Sequence record: MZ422438.1
Strand: one strand, 5' to 3'
Length of the DNA stretch: 64,000 bases
The notes under the pieces: model-generated
The model's database searches: none
What the model was told of the DNA's origin: nothing
Seen by the model: only the letters and a program-made list of their open reading frames with translations
Position numbers and translations under genes: made by a program
Shown: one piece after another, positions 29,807-40,479 of the stretch
Layout: each line of letters begins with the position of its first letter
How positions within the stretch are numbered: position 1 is the stretch's first letter

Positions 29807-31420
29807 TTAATCATCATAATCAGTTAAGAAACCTTCAATATCAGGTTTCTTTTCAAAGAAGAATGTTCCTGAATTATTTGGATCATATTTCTTACAGAAA
29901 GGTACTACGGTAAAAGAACTTCCAGGGTCTCCTGAACTAGTACTTACTAAATCGATCTTTCCAACAAAGCTTGGATAAATACCCCTAGCGCTTACTGATA
30001 ATCCATTAGCTGTTGCAGATTGTGGACCCTTTACAGAACCTTTTAGATAACGAGTAAATAGATCCATAGAATTAACATTATTTGAGAATCTTACTAATTC
30101 GCTGTTAGGAATATTATTTACTAAGTAATCTTCTTTAATATTGCTAAATAGTGTTTTTAATTTACTTACATTATTATTTTTTGGTCCAACTAAGCGATAT
30201 CCGCCTTTGGATAATTTTTGAGTTAGATCATAAAATAGATATTCATTAACCCTTAAACGTTTATTGGATAAAGAGTGATTATCTACTTTTAAAATATTGT
30301 AATAGTTTGTAATCATATTTCTAACAATCGCATAAATATCTTCTTTATCTTCTGAACGTAATCTTAAATTGGATCGAGTTGTATTATCTAGTAAACGTTC
30401 AAAGGAGGATAAGATAGATATAGCTTTATCAAAAGTCATTGAATTATTATTTGTAAATACCGAACCTAGTTTTCTCTTCCAATAATCAGAATCAAAAGAT
30501 TTTTCATAATCAATTCGATTATATTTAAATAGATCTACTAAGGTTGCAATTAATGTTGCATTAGATTTTTGATCGCTTTCAATCCATTCTCGATTAACTT
30601 TTAATGCAATACTTTTTGTCAACTGGAAGAAGTAATATTCTGGACTAGTAATATCATGATCTTCAGTTTTAACGATTTCTACATAATTATGAATATTAAA
30701 GTATCTTAGAGTTTCAACTACACCTTTTCCTGCAAAATAGTAGTTCATTACATTTACAGTTTTCTTAAATAATAGTGTCATTAACGCTCTAGTTTTTAAT
30801 GGTTCACCATTATTAAAACGTTCATCAATATCAGATAGTACAACCTTTTTACCCTTAATCTTGATTGGCATAAACATTGTTTTCAATACAATAATTCCAT
30901 CATTAGTACGATAATACTCGGAGTCATTCATTTGGAATACTGGGAAAAATTCATTTCCGTTAATTAAGAAGTATTGTTGATCTAATAATTCAGGGAATAA
31001 TAGTTTAATTTCTTTTTGGATTGTTTCTTTTCCATCAGAAAGTTCCATTGTAACTTTAATTCTAATAAATCTAGATTCCTCGATATTAACGGTTGGATGG
31101 TTAATCTTTCTAGCTTTACCTTTTTTATTTTCTTTCTTTTCTTCAGTAACTTGTTTTCTTTCCTTATAGATTTTCCGATCTGTATCAATTTCACATTTAA
31201 CAAAACGAATACCTTCTACAAATTCAAGTCCTTTAAAAACATCTTCAACTAATTTTGGTAAGTTTTCTTTAGATCTAAAGAAGATCACTTCCTCATTAAA
31301 TGGAGCTTTTTCTTCCATTTTATTTTGAAGATCATTAAAGAGTTTTCTTGACAAGTTTGGCACAAACAAACAACTCCAATCAAAATTTATTTTATAAATT
31401 TTTATATCGTATAAAAACAA
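29807..31420 (-). CDS. RNA polymerase beta N-terminal fragment (probably non-virion RNAP)
   Basis: FLINGNEFFPVFQM, RGIYPSFVGKIDLVSTSSGDPGSSF (beta fork/rifampicin-region homology). Confidence 0.8.
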   Translation of the reverse strand: MFLYDIKIYKINFDWSCLFVPNLSRKLFNDLQNKMEEKAPFNEEVIFFRSKENLPKLVEDVFKGLEFVEGIRFVKCEIDTDRKIYKERKQVTEEKKENKKGKARKINHPTVNIEESRFIRIKVTMELSDGKETIQKEIKLLFPELLDQQYFLINGNEFFPVFQMNDSEYYRTNDGIIVLKTMFMPIKIKGKKVVLSDIDERFNNGEPLKTRALMTLLFKKTVNVMNYYFAGKGVVETLRYFNIHNYVEIVKTEDHDITSPEYYFFQLTKSIALKVNREWIESDQKSNATLIATLVDLFKYNRIDYEKSFDSDYWKRKLGSVFTNNNSMTFDKAISILSSFERLLDNTTRSNLRLRSEDKEDIYAIVRNMITNYYNILKVDNHSLSNKRLRVNEYLFYDLTQKLSKGGYRLVGPKNNNVSKLKTLFSNIKEDYLVNNIPNSELVRFSNNVNSMDLFTRYLKGSVKGPQSATANGLSVSARGIYPSFVGKIDLVSTSSGDPGSSFTVVPFCKKYDPNNSGTFFFEKKPDIEGFLTDYDD

Positions 31421-31435
31421 TTAACTATTATTAGA

Positions 31436-31447
31436 TAAAAATTTGTT
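31436..31447 (-). promoter_or_regulatory. AACA-N6-TA promoter motif
   Basis: Minus strand AACAaattttTA, 15 nt before the TTG start at 31420. Confidence 0.5.
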
Positions 31448-31485
31448 TTTATATAAAAATAAAAATTTAAGGATGTGTATATACT

Positions 31486-31779
31486 ATGTTGAGAAACGGT
31501 GAAGAATTTTTTAATGAATGGTCTGAAAGATCAGGAATACCTAAATATGAATTAAAACGTCAATGGAATATTATGGTAGAAATGGTTATGGATAGCATCA
31601 TGGAAGAAGATTTTACCAAAACAGTATTACCAAGCATAGGCGCTTTTGAAACTATTGTTAAACCTCCATATATTGCTAGAGATCCTAGAAATGAAAAAGT
31701 TGTTATTGCACAAGTTAGGAAGCGAATTAATTTTAGAATATATCGCAGATTTAAAAAAATAGTAACAGGATTGTTATAA
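31486..31779 (+). CDS. HU/IHF/TF1-like DNA-binding protein
   Basis: 97 aa; IGAFETIVKPPYIARDPRNEKVVIAQVRKRINFR matches the HU arm (FGTF..R..R.GRNP.T....I). Confidence 0.75.
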   Translation: MLRNGEEFFNEWSERSGIPKYELKRQWNIMVEMVMDSIMEEDFTKTVLPSIGAFETIVKPPYIARDPRNEKVVIAQVRKRINFRIYRRFKKIVTGLL

Positions 31780-31817
31780 TTTTCGTAATACAGATATTTA
31801 TTTCTGTATTACGAAAA
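31780..31817. terminator. Bidirectional terminator between convergent genes
   Basis: TTTTCGTAATACAGA/TCTGTATTACGAAAA stem. Confidence 0.7.
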
Positions 31818-31822
31818 TCTTT

Positions 31823-32152
31823 TTAATTGTTATTTCTTTTAATAATCTGTTTTTCAATATAAATTCTATCTTCTTGAGATAGTCCATTATATATTTCTTC
31901 TAAAGATTCAATATCTTCATTATCATTAATTAATACATCAATATACCTATCTAAGATTTCTTTAGGTACATTAGTTTTTAAATTATTGATATTATATGAT
32001 AAATTGATCTTAGAATTAGTAAATTTATTATCAACAATCTTTACACTTAACTGATTTCCATCATTACTAATATTGATGCTTGAATTAGTACTTTCACTTG
32101 TAATATTAAGTTCAATACTTTTTAATATTTTGTTAATTATATTTAAATCCAA
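31823..32152 (-). CDS. Hypothetical protein
   Basis: 109 aa ORF; TATATTAT motif at 32193-32200 upstream. Confidence 0.6.
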   Translation of the reverse strand: MDLNIINKILKSIELNITSESTNSSINISNDGNQLSVKIVDNKFTNSKINLSYNINNLKTNVPKEILDRYIDVLINDNEDIESLEEIYNGLSQEDRIYIEKQIIKRNNN

Positions 32153-32211
32153 GTTAAAACATCCTTTCTATTCTTATATATTGTACATTTATATAATATA
32201 TAAGAATAATA

Positions 32212-34278
32212 TTAGTTGATGAATCGAGATTTAGCTTCTTCGATAGTCATAATTTCTTTTTGCATTTCCTTAGCTTTAACAATTTTTGAAGAAGTGGATT
32301 CTTTATCTTTACAAACTACAATATCAGTTTTTGAAGATACGCTACCTGTAACTTTATGACCGAGTAATTCTAATTTCTGTTTAAATTCATTATCCCGAAT
32401 TCCTGTAAAAACAATAACTTTAGATTCTTCAGAAGCATTATTAGATAATTCTTGTTTAATAGATTTTAGTTTAAATTCATTAATCAAGAATATCAATTCT
32501 TCTTCATTATTCGAGATACCGTTTAGTAATTTTTCTGCCTTAATATCTGAAAATCCTTCAATATTAATAATATCTTCTTTCTTAGGTAAAGATCCATTTA
32601 CAAAGAATTCGTTAATTACTTCTTCCAAGATATATTCCTTACAGAATAGTTTAGAGTTTTCAATACCTAATCCTTCAATACCTAATGAACCAAGAATTTG
32701 ATAATCATATAGATCACGTTTGTTATTAATTGCATTCTTGATATTATCTAGTGATTTTCTACCTAACCCTTCAATAAAGTTATCATCAATACTATCATAA
32801 TCTATACTATATAAGTCTGTGATTGAAGTCCATAATTTATTTTCATATAATTTACTAATAGTAGATTTGTCAATACCTTTAATGGCTAGTTTATCAAGAT
32901 AGTTAGATATCTTTCCAATAACGTTTCCAGAACATTCTGGATTATTACAGTATGCAAAGGTTTGATTATCATTAATAACTACACTTTCTTGCTGACATAC
33001 GGGACAATATTTGGTAAATTTGTCAGGAATAATATCTTTGTTATGATCACTATCTACTTTATCAATATATGTTAGTGTATCATTCCTATATTGTACTAAA
33101 ATTTCTGAACCAATACCTAAACCTAATTCTTCCGCTCTTGCAAAATTATGGAGACTTTGTTTTGTATGCGTACTTCCATTTGAAAATGTAACTGGTTCAA
33201 AATGTACTAATTTAGTAATTCGTGAAAAANNANNNANNNNNTANCTAAANTCAGTANTNCACANTNTTNNNNTGNNNNTANNNTANNNTANNNNCANNNN
33301 AANANTGTNNNGTACNNNTNNNAGNNATNNNTNNGGTGATTTTTCACGANNNTCGTCATCTAAAATTTCAACGACAATACCATCAATCATAAATCCATAG
33401 TTATATCGATTATTAATAACTTCATTATAGAAATCATTAAATTCTTCAATGACTTTTTCTACTGAATTACTTTCACTAGTAATACTGAATTCTTAACCGA
33501 TTAAACTATTTGATCCTAAGATATTAAAACTATTATCTCGTTTAGATAATGTAATTTCGAATGGATAATTATCTTCATCGAGGAATTTAATATCTAGAGG
33601 GACAAGAGTTAAGAATTTAGAGAATTTATGAGCATCGTCCCTACCTAATATTCCAGAGGTTGCGGATCGTGGATTAACATAATTATTCTTTGTATAATCA
33701 TTTAACTTTTCTAAATTATCATACGTAATAATAACTTCATTTCTAATTGCGAAAGGTAGTTTGATATCATATTCTTGTAAAGGATCTTTAGCGATGCTCT
33801 TAAATACATTAGTGAGATCTAACCCGATACCGTCTTTTCCACGAGTATACGCCTTATCAAACTTTCCATCTTTAAAAGTAGTAACTACTGAATTCCCATC
33901 AAACTTTAATGTAAATAGGAATGTCGGGAACTTAGAAAAAGGTTTAAGCTTATTAATCATTCCTTGAATTACTTTTGGAAAATCATTAATATCTTTACAT
34001 TTAAATAATGTTCCTGTCAGATTTTTATATTCATGCTTCATATTAAGAATACCTTTATCCGTTTTCGGTAATGATCCTACAATTTCTTCACCAGTTAATT
34101 GTAAGTATTGTTGATATAATTGGTCATATTCAAGATCAGACATAATTACTGTATCTGTATTATAATACATGCTTGATGCATTTTCTAAATATTCTTTTAC
34201 TAAATTATATTTATCATGTTCTTTACTGTCTAAAATTCTTTTTGATTCTGTATAATCCACATTTTTCAATATCCACAC
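32212..34278 (-). CDS. ligA: NAD-dependent DNA ligase, interrupted by one in-frame TAA (33493-33495) and an N-rich stretch
   Basis: MSDLEYD, KFDGN adenylation motif, NPRS, FMIDGIVV, Zn finger CPVC...C...C, HhH, BRCT (VFTG...VTGSVSSKTD); both track ORFs share a frame, with 34 open codons between them. Confidence 0.85.
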
Positions 34279-34292
34279 TTCTTTCTATATTA

Positions 34293-34637
34293 TTATTTAA
34301 TATTAATCTTTTTTCCATTAATGGTAATATAGTTATATTCACTGTTATAAGATACATTTATAATGTCCATATCAGCATCATATACTTCATCTATTTCTTT
34401 TTCATCAACATATATTTTTCCATTGTCTAATTTTATTTCATATAATCCATCACTTATAACTATAACATTATCTATCTTTTTATTATAAGTTTTAGATTTC
34501 TTACCATCAATATATATTTCACCATCTTTTAATAACACATTTAAACCATTATTATATATATTGGCATTTCTATTTTGAGGAAGAGTTTTATGTTGATGAA
34601 AAATATTATTATATACTTTTTTAATTTTATTTATCAC
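34293..34637 (-). CDS. Hypothetical protein with IYIDG-like beta repeats
   Basis: 114 aa; GEIYIDG, GKIYVD, ITINGK. Confidence 0.6.
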   Translation of the reverse strand: MINKIKKVYNNIFHQHKTLPQNRNANIYNNGLNVLLKDGEIYIDGKKSKTYNKKIDNVIVISDGLYEIKLDNGKIYVDEKEIDEVYDADMDIINVSYNSEYNYITINGKKINIK

Positions 34638-34734
34638 ATCATCACAACCTTATTTAATCTTAAGATATATCCTATCACACTATAAAAATGTGATAGGATA
34701 CTTTTTATTTATTTTTATACTTATTAATATCAAA

Positions 34735-35052
34735 CTAGTCTTTATTATTGGTATATTCATTAAGCATGGATTCAATATCTTCATCACTTAATTTTTCGAT
34801 ATTATCAAAATCATTTTTATAATCTGGATCAGTATTAATTTCAACACCTATAGATTTAAAATATGAATTGATAATTTTATTATTATTACTAATAGTGTCT
34901 GATTTCTTAGGTAATTTAATGTCAAAAGGATTTCCGAGAAGTTGAGCTTTTACTAAATTACTTCTATCTTCAGTATTATTTGAATAAGCATCAGTTAATC
35001 TTTCAATAGGTTCTAAAGATCCTACTAATCCTGAATTGGTATATTCCATTTC
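34735..35052 (-). CDS. RNA polymerase beta C-terminal fragment (probably non-virion RNAP), exon 2
   Basis: Begins GAA ATG GAA (EME), completing the conserved R.GEME motif; spliced product 686 aa. Confidence 0.85.
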   Translation of the reverse strand, partial: EMEYTNSGLVGSLEPIERLTDAYSNNTEDRSNLVKAQLLGNPFDIKLPKKSDTISNNNKIINSYFKSIGVEINTDPDYKNDFDNIEKLSDEDIESMLNEYTNNKD

Positions 35053-35470
35053 CAATTACCTTCACATAGATTCGCAATTTCTATGCAGTTCTCTTATGAA
35101 CTTCTCTAAGTTTCCTTAGAAGTTGAGACTATATCTTTATCTTATTTAAAATTTCTTTTTGTTTTAAGATACTTCCCATTTCGCCTGTCATTTGCTTACA
35201 GACTACATCAATAGTCGTTGAACTTTCTTCCAATAATTGTTGGAAGCTTAGCTGCTGATTATCCATTATAATTGATACTTAGGAATATTATATTTATACC
35301 AGAATATAATATCTTTTTATCTCACCATATATCATTCCAATTATTTTTTCTATCTTTCGATAACATTCACGCTTATCATTACTGATTGCGTTTTAGTTAA
35401 TTGGACTTTAGGAGTTTCCAGCAATTAAAGAAATTTTCATCATATATCACTATATAATGCGGCAAAATTT
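35053..35470 (-). mobile_element. ORF-less group I intron (418 nt)
   Basis: Exon 1 ends in U (GGT), intron ends in G; P AATTGCTGGAAA (35415-35426), Q AATCAGCAG (35252-35260), R GTTCAACGACTA (35212-35223), S AAGATATAGTCT (35126-35137); splicing joins TPIRVG|EME in frame. Confidence 0.92.
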
Positions 35471-37213
35471 ACCGACTCTAATTGGAGTATTATTAGTAAC
35501 ATTATCAGAATTTTTCATATCTTTAGTTTTTGTTGGAAGATTCTGGAAGTTAGTATTACCTTCACTACGAATAGATGTTTTTTCAATAGGCTCATGTTTA
35601 AGTCTAAGCATATATAGTTGACCCATTTCAATAGGCTTACTAATTCCACTTAGTTTATAACGATCGATATTGAATTTATCACGAATATCTTTAAGTTTAA
35701 AAATATCCATATCATTCCAGAATGGTGTAAATTGAATATAAATTCCATTCTTTATAGTATCTTCTAGATAATGATCCTTATCGCTATCACTTAATTGATC
35801 ATATATACTGATTAATGATTTATACATATTTTCATCAATAGACTTAATATATTCAGATAATAAATTAAACTTTTCTTCACGACTATCCATATGTTCCATT
35901 CGATATCGAATAACTTGAGACATCATATTGAATGTATGTTCAAATGATTGTGAAGGATTTAATCGGTTATTAACGCCAAAAGGATTAAGAATAATATCCG
36001 CTCTATTTTCTAGGCAAGAATCTTTATCAAACTCCTCACCATCAATAGTTTCAATTACAGGCATTTCTTCGTCCGGAAGAATTAATCCAATAATTCCTTT
36101 ATTACCATATCGACCAGTTAGTTTTGAACCTTTCACAAGAGGAATTCTTTCTAAGATTGTAAATACCGCTACAATACGGTCAAACACTCTTCCCTCAGAC
36201 TGAAATTTATTTGCAGGATCATTAAATGCTGCAATCTTATTATAAAATGCAGATAAATCACTACTGATATTATTTCTTTTACTAGATACAATAGGTTTTA
36301 AATATTCTACAACTTCAGAGTAATATTTTGAGATAGAAATATATTCATTGTACATCTGATGATTATATTTTTGAGATCGTAACTTATCAAGACTTTCGTT
36401 ATTATAAATATCAATGTCAATAACAATACCTTCAGCATGTTTTACTGTGTCAGTAGCAAAGATCTTTCTTAAATTGACATCTTTCATACTGAATCCCATA
36501 TCATTATAATTAATTCGACGAATTCCCATTAACTTACCATCTTTAATTTCTTCACCAATACTAGGAAAAGTTCTATATGATTCATCATCGCCATATAGAT
36601 TTAATAGTACATCATTGGTATTTAGATTGATCTTAACTTTCTTTATTAAATAGGAAGCCATCTTTTGAGCAGTACTCTCAGAAACAACAATAGAGTCTTC
36701 ATTTGTGAATCCTTTGTATGGAATATATACCGCATTGAGATTTTTACCATACTGAAAGTTCATATCTTCGTCATAATTTTGATCTCGATAAATTACTTTG
36801 TTTTCAAATTCTTCATTTTCATTGATATTATCAATTACTTCATTATTGAATTTTAGTCCAAAGTGTTCTGTTAAATGTTTTGCTTCTTTTCGTTCTACAA
36901 TATGATAGAGTTCTTCTTCTTCATTAAATAATATTGCCGTGTAATTAAATTTATTCTTGTAAAATTTTTTAAGAAGTTTCCATCTACCATCAAGCTTTTT
37001 ATATCCAGTAGAATATTTACCTACTTGATTTTCAAAACCAGTAAAAACTAATGGTGGATCAGCTTGTTCCAATTGAATATTTTGACTTAAATGAGAAGTA
37101 AACATTTGTGACCTATTAGAGTTAGTCTTATCTAAGTTTGGAATGAGTAATGTTTCGGCTAAGAAATCAAATTTACCTTTATATTTTTCATCATTAATCT
37201 CTGTTAAATCCAA
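35471..37213 (-). CDS. RNA polymerase beta C-terminal fragment (probably non-virion RNAP), exon 1
   Basis: NSNRSQMFTSH, GFTNEDSIVVS, GSKLTGRYGNKG, ADIILNPFGVNNRLNPSQ, YMLRLKH, TPIRVG. Confidence 0.9.
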
Positions 37214-37321
37214 AGTATAACCACACTTTCTTTTTTTTTTTAATATACTAATCTATCCATTATATAAGAGTTATTATATTATACGCTTATTGGATAGATT
37301 AGTACTTGTAATTATTAAGAT

Positions 37322-38593
37322 TTATTTATCATTTTCTTTTTCGATTTCAATTAAATTCATGTCAGAGTCATAGTATCTTCCATCTGAACCAACCCAAATA
37401 TCTTCATCTTTATTAACGCAGTCAATAAGAGTAACAATATTATCATTCTTGGTAGATTTTGGAATTGTTTTAAACACTTGATTTTCACCATAAGCGTCAA
37501 AAGCATTTCTAAATTCTTCATTAGTATTATATAGTGTAACAAAATCTTTACGTTTAAATTTAACGTCTGGAAGAGTAGGAATAGAGTATCCTCCTTGCGG
37601 TGAACCATCTAATAGTTTATTATCTTTAAGATAAGCAAACAGTGAAATACCGTTAGAGAATCCATTAAGTTGATCAAAAACAGAATTAAATGAGTATCCT
37701 GAAGCCGAAATACGGGACTTAACAATTAGTCCATCAACTTCTAAACCTTTATATCCAGTTTCCTCTTCCTTAACATTTTTACCCGGATTCAATTTAACAA
37801 ATGTATTAGATAAATATCCAAAGGCAGAACCACCTGGAATAGCTTCATCAATCTTTAGATGATTCAGCGAAGCTTTAGTCTTAACTACTGGATTAATTTC
37901 AATCTTAGTAGTAATATGATTAATCGCAAATAACATGATATTTGCTTTTTCTAATGCACTTGAGCCAATTAATCGTTTAATCATCTGATTATTGTATTTT
38001 GCTTGTGCTGTTGCAGACATCTGTCCACTCATCTTTTCTTCTTCACTGATGTCTTTAGTATACATAGCAGCAATAGAATCTAAGATAATAATTGTCGGAT
38101 CGAACTCATAAATTGGTTTACCTGTAATTGGATCTAATTTACCTGTATCATGTTTAAGTTTATCGCCCCTGCTAAGTTTCTCTTTTTCAATAATTTTTAC
38201 TAAACCATAAAGAGTTTCTGTCGATATTCCTGAATTAAGAAGATTATACTTTTCAAGAATCTTTTCATCATCCCACCCAGTAATATTTTTAATACGAGCT
38301 AATGATCCGGCATGCTCATAATCTAGATGATAAATTTCAGAATTTTCATAACGATCAACAATATTACATGCAATTTGTTGAATTAATGTTGATTTACCAG
38401 ACCCGGATTTACCTACAATGGTAAATAATTTACCGGCATCTAATCCCATCATTAATTCTCCCTTACTATCATAACTTGCTAACTTTGCATCAATCTGACT
38501 GAAACCCGTTCTATAAGTTTCAGTAAAATTTTTGGATTCACCTAATCCATCTTTCAATAACTCTTTTTTAACTTCATCTGTAATTAATCCCAT
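37322..38593 (-). CDS. RecA/UvsX-like recombinase
   Basis: Walker A GKSGSGKST, Walker B IIILDSIAAM, FAINH, PGG; AACA-N6-TA motif at 38626-38637. Confidence 0.8.
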   Translation of the reverse strand: MGLITDEVKKELLKDGLGESKNFTETYRTGFSQIDAKLASYDSKGELMMGLDAGKLFTIVGKSGSGKSTLIQQIACNIVDRYENSEIYHLDYEHAGSLARIKNITGWDDEKILEKYNLLNSGISTETLYGLVKIIEKEKLSRGDKLKHDTGKLDPITGKPIYEFDPTIIILDSIAAMYTKDISEEEKMSGQMSATAQAKYNNQMIKRLIGSSALEKANIMLFAINHITTKIEINPVVKTKASLNHLKIDEAIPGGSAFGYLSNTFVKLNPGKNVKEEETGYKGLEVDGLIVKSRISASGYSFNSVFDQLNGFSNGISLFAYLKDNKLLDGSPQGGYSIPTLPDVKFKRKDFVTLYNTNEEFRNAFDAYGENQVFKTIPKSTKNDNIVTLIDCVNKDEDIWVGSDGRYYDSDMNLIEIEKENDK

Positions 38594-38806
38594 ACATTTA
38601 CTTCCTCCTTAGATATCATACATTATAAATCATTGTTATTACAATAAAATAATTTTTTATTTATAATAACATCATACTACAACATTCCCTTCAGTATTTT
38701 TATTTTAACATATTTTTGACGTAAAGTGGAGATAATTTTTTACATCATAATTTATTATAAAATGCTATAATGAAGATTATACTTCTTCATTATAGCATCA
38801 TTAATT

Positions 38807-39409
38807 CTAATACTTAGATAATATTAATTTAACAACATCGTCAGTATTTATCATTTCAAATTTTGACATATTATCAATATAATCACGTAGTTTATCAGTA
38901 TCAATCAAATTACAATAATCATTTCTTTTTACAATGTCTGTAACTATTTGTCTAAATCTAGTGTCTGATATGATTACATTTACATCTTTTATAAATGTAT
39001 CAATGAAAATTTTTATTGTATTTTTTGCAATATTAGCTTTATCAACATCAAATATTTTATCGATAATTTTATCAATCTTGAATGCATAAAAAAGTAACAT
39101 TTCATAGTTCATATCAGGTAATTTATTTTTTGCATACATAATAAATACTTCGATAGGGTCTCGCTCAATTTCTTCAGTTTTTAATAATAATTCATAAATA
39201 TAGTCTCGGATAGATATTCGAGATAAAGCTTCTTGCATTTGATTAATAAAGACTGAAGTGTTATCTAATGATATTTTTTCTAATATTGTGATTAGTTCAC
39301 TTGCCTGTTCATCAACTAATCTTTTATAAATAGTATTATCACGCATATTATCTTCCTGAATTATCTTAAATTCATTTACAAAAGTCAAAAATATTCCTCC
39401 TTTCTTCAA
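38807..39409 (-). CDS. Hypothetical protein (true start probably TTG at about 39388)
   Basis: 200 aa ORF; AGGAGG lies inside the first track codons; TATATTAT motif at 39430-39437. Confidence 0.65.
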   Translation of the reverse strand: MKKGGIFLTFVNEFKIIQEDNMRDNTIYKRLVDEQASELITILEKISLDNTSVFINQMQEALSRISIRDYIYELLLKTEEIERDPIEVFIMYAKNKLPDMNYEMLLFYAFKIDKIIDKIFDVDKANIAKNTIKIFIDTFIKDVNVIISDTRFRQIVTDIVKRNDYCNLIDTDKLRDYIDNMSKFEMINTDDVVKLILSKY

Positions 39410-39443
39410 TAGTAAATAATCACAAATATATAATATATATTTA

Positions 39444-39853
39444 TTATTGAATTTTAAGATCGTTTATATTTGAGATGTTTTCTTCTTTAACATCAGCAAA
39501 ATCTAAATTAAATGTATCGGAATCATCTAGTAAATCATTATCAATTCCTGCACCAGTAAGAAATTGGGATACGGTATTTAACGTACGCTTATCATTAATG
39601 CTTCCCGGTAAATCTTGTAATGAAGTATATCCATACATTGCAATATTTTTATACATTGTAGATTTTGCGTCTTGTGAGTCCGCTCTAGGGCTTAAGAATT
39701 CTTTTAATGCATATTTAGCGTCAATAGCACTTAATGCAATAGTTTCTAAGTCACTGATCCGTGCAATCTTATCTTCGTTTGTTACTTGGTTGGTTCTTAA
39801 ACTACGTTTACTAATATCTAATGAGTAGGTATTCTTTTTCGATAAGGTTTGTT
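39444..39853 (-). CDS. RNA polymerase beta C-terminal fragment (probably virion RNAP), exon 2 (only partly in ORF track)
   Basis: After splicing reads RRL-Q-QTLSKKNTYSLDISKRSLRTNQVTNEDKIARISDLETIAL...; spliced product 702 aa. Confidence 0.85.
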
Positions 39854-40479
39854 ATACTGATAGGTAAAGATATACTATAAACGTATTCTTTTTCCCCCAG
39901 TCCAAACCGTACGTGAGACTTTCATCTCATACGGCTTTCCATCAAATTTATTTCATTACTTAGAATAAATACTTAATAAATAACTATTCTAATTAATGAA
40001 AATTAGATTTGACTAAGAACTTTCTCTCCACTATTTATTATCATAGCTTCATCGATACTTCATTCTCTCTTACTCCCTATAAATAGGGTATCAAACGTTC
40101 CCTTTAAATTAGGTATATAAATGTACTTAGGATCCACCTGTTATTTATAACAATACTTACATATAAGTATAATATGACAACCTATTAGTCATATTAGCTA
40201 ATAAAGACTACAATTTTATTTCGCCTATTATAAATCATTAAAGTGATTCGTATTCCTATCCATATACATCTACCCTAACCGCTATAAGTATTATTAGCGA
40301 CTTCATCCAGCTTCACACATATTAATTACTCAATATGCATGTGGAATATCATTAATAGCAATTCATGACTATTATTTAGGTTAGTCACAGCTTATTCATT
40401 TAAAGAGTTAATTATATACGCATATATAATCATGCAATCCTCAATATTTTTACATATCTTTCTGCATAACGTTTCGCAC
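39854..40479 (-). mobile_element. ORF-less miniature group II intron (626 nt)
   Basis: 5' GTGCG at 40479; domain V at 39904-39938 (AGC triad); 3' end ...CCTATCAGTAT at 39854; EBS1 GUAGUC (40206-40211) in a hairpin loop is the perfect complement of exon end GACUAC; frame restored (1699+410=2109 nt). Confidence 0.92.

Noticed and set aside
33230-33352. N-rich stretch as a hypervariable or modified segment
   Set aside because: Ambiguous base calls only; length keeps the ligase frame; no biological inference possible.
33493-33495. Genome-wide stop-codon reassignment explaining the ligase TAA
   Set aside because: TAA and TAG terminate many clearly complete genes in this window (sheath, tube, gyrase, polymerase).
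39444-39656. 70-aa track ORF as a separate gene
   Set aside because: It is the 3' end of RNAP exon 2, which is open from 39853.
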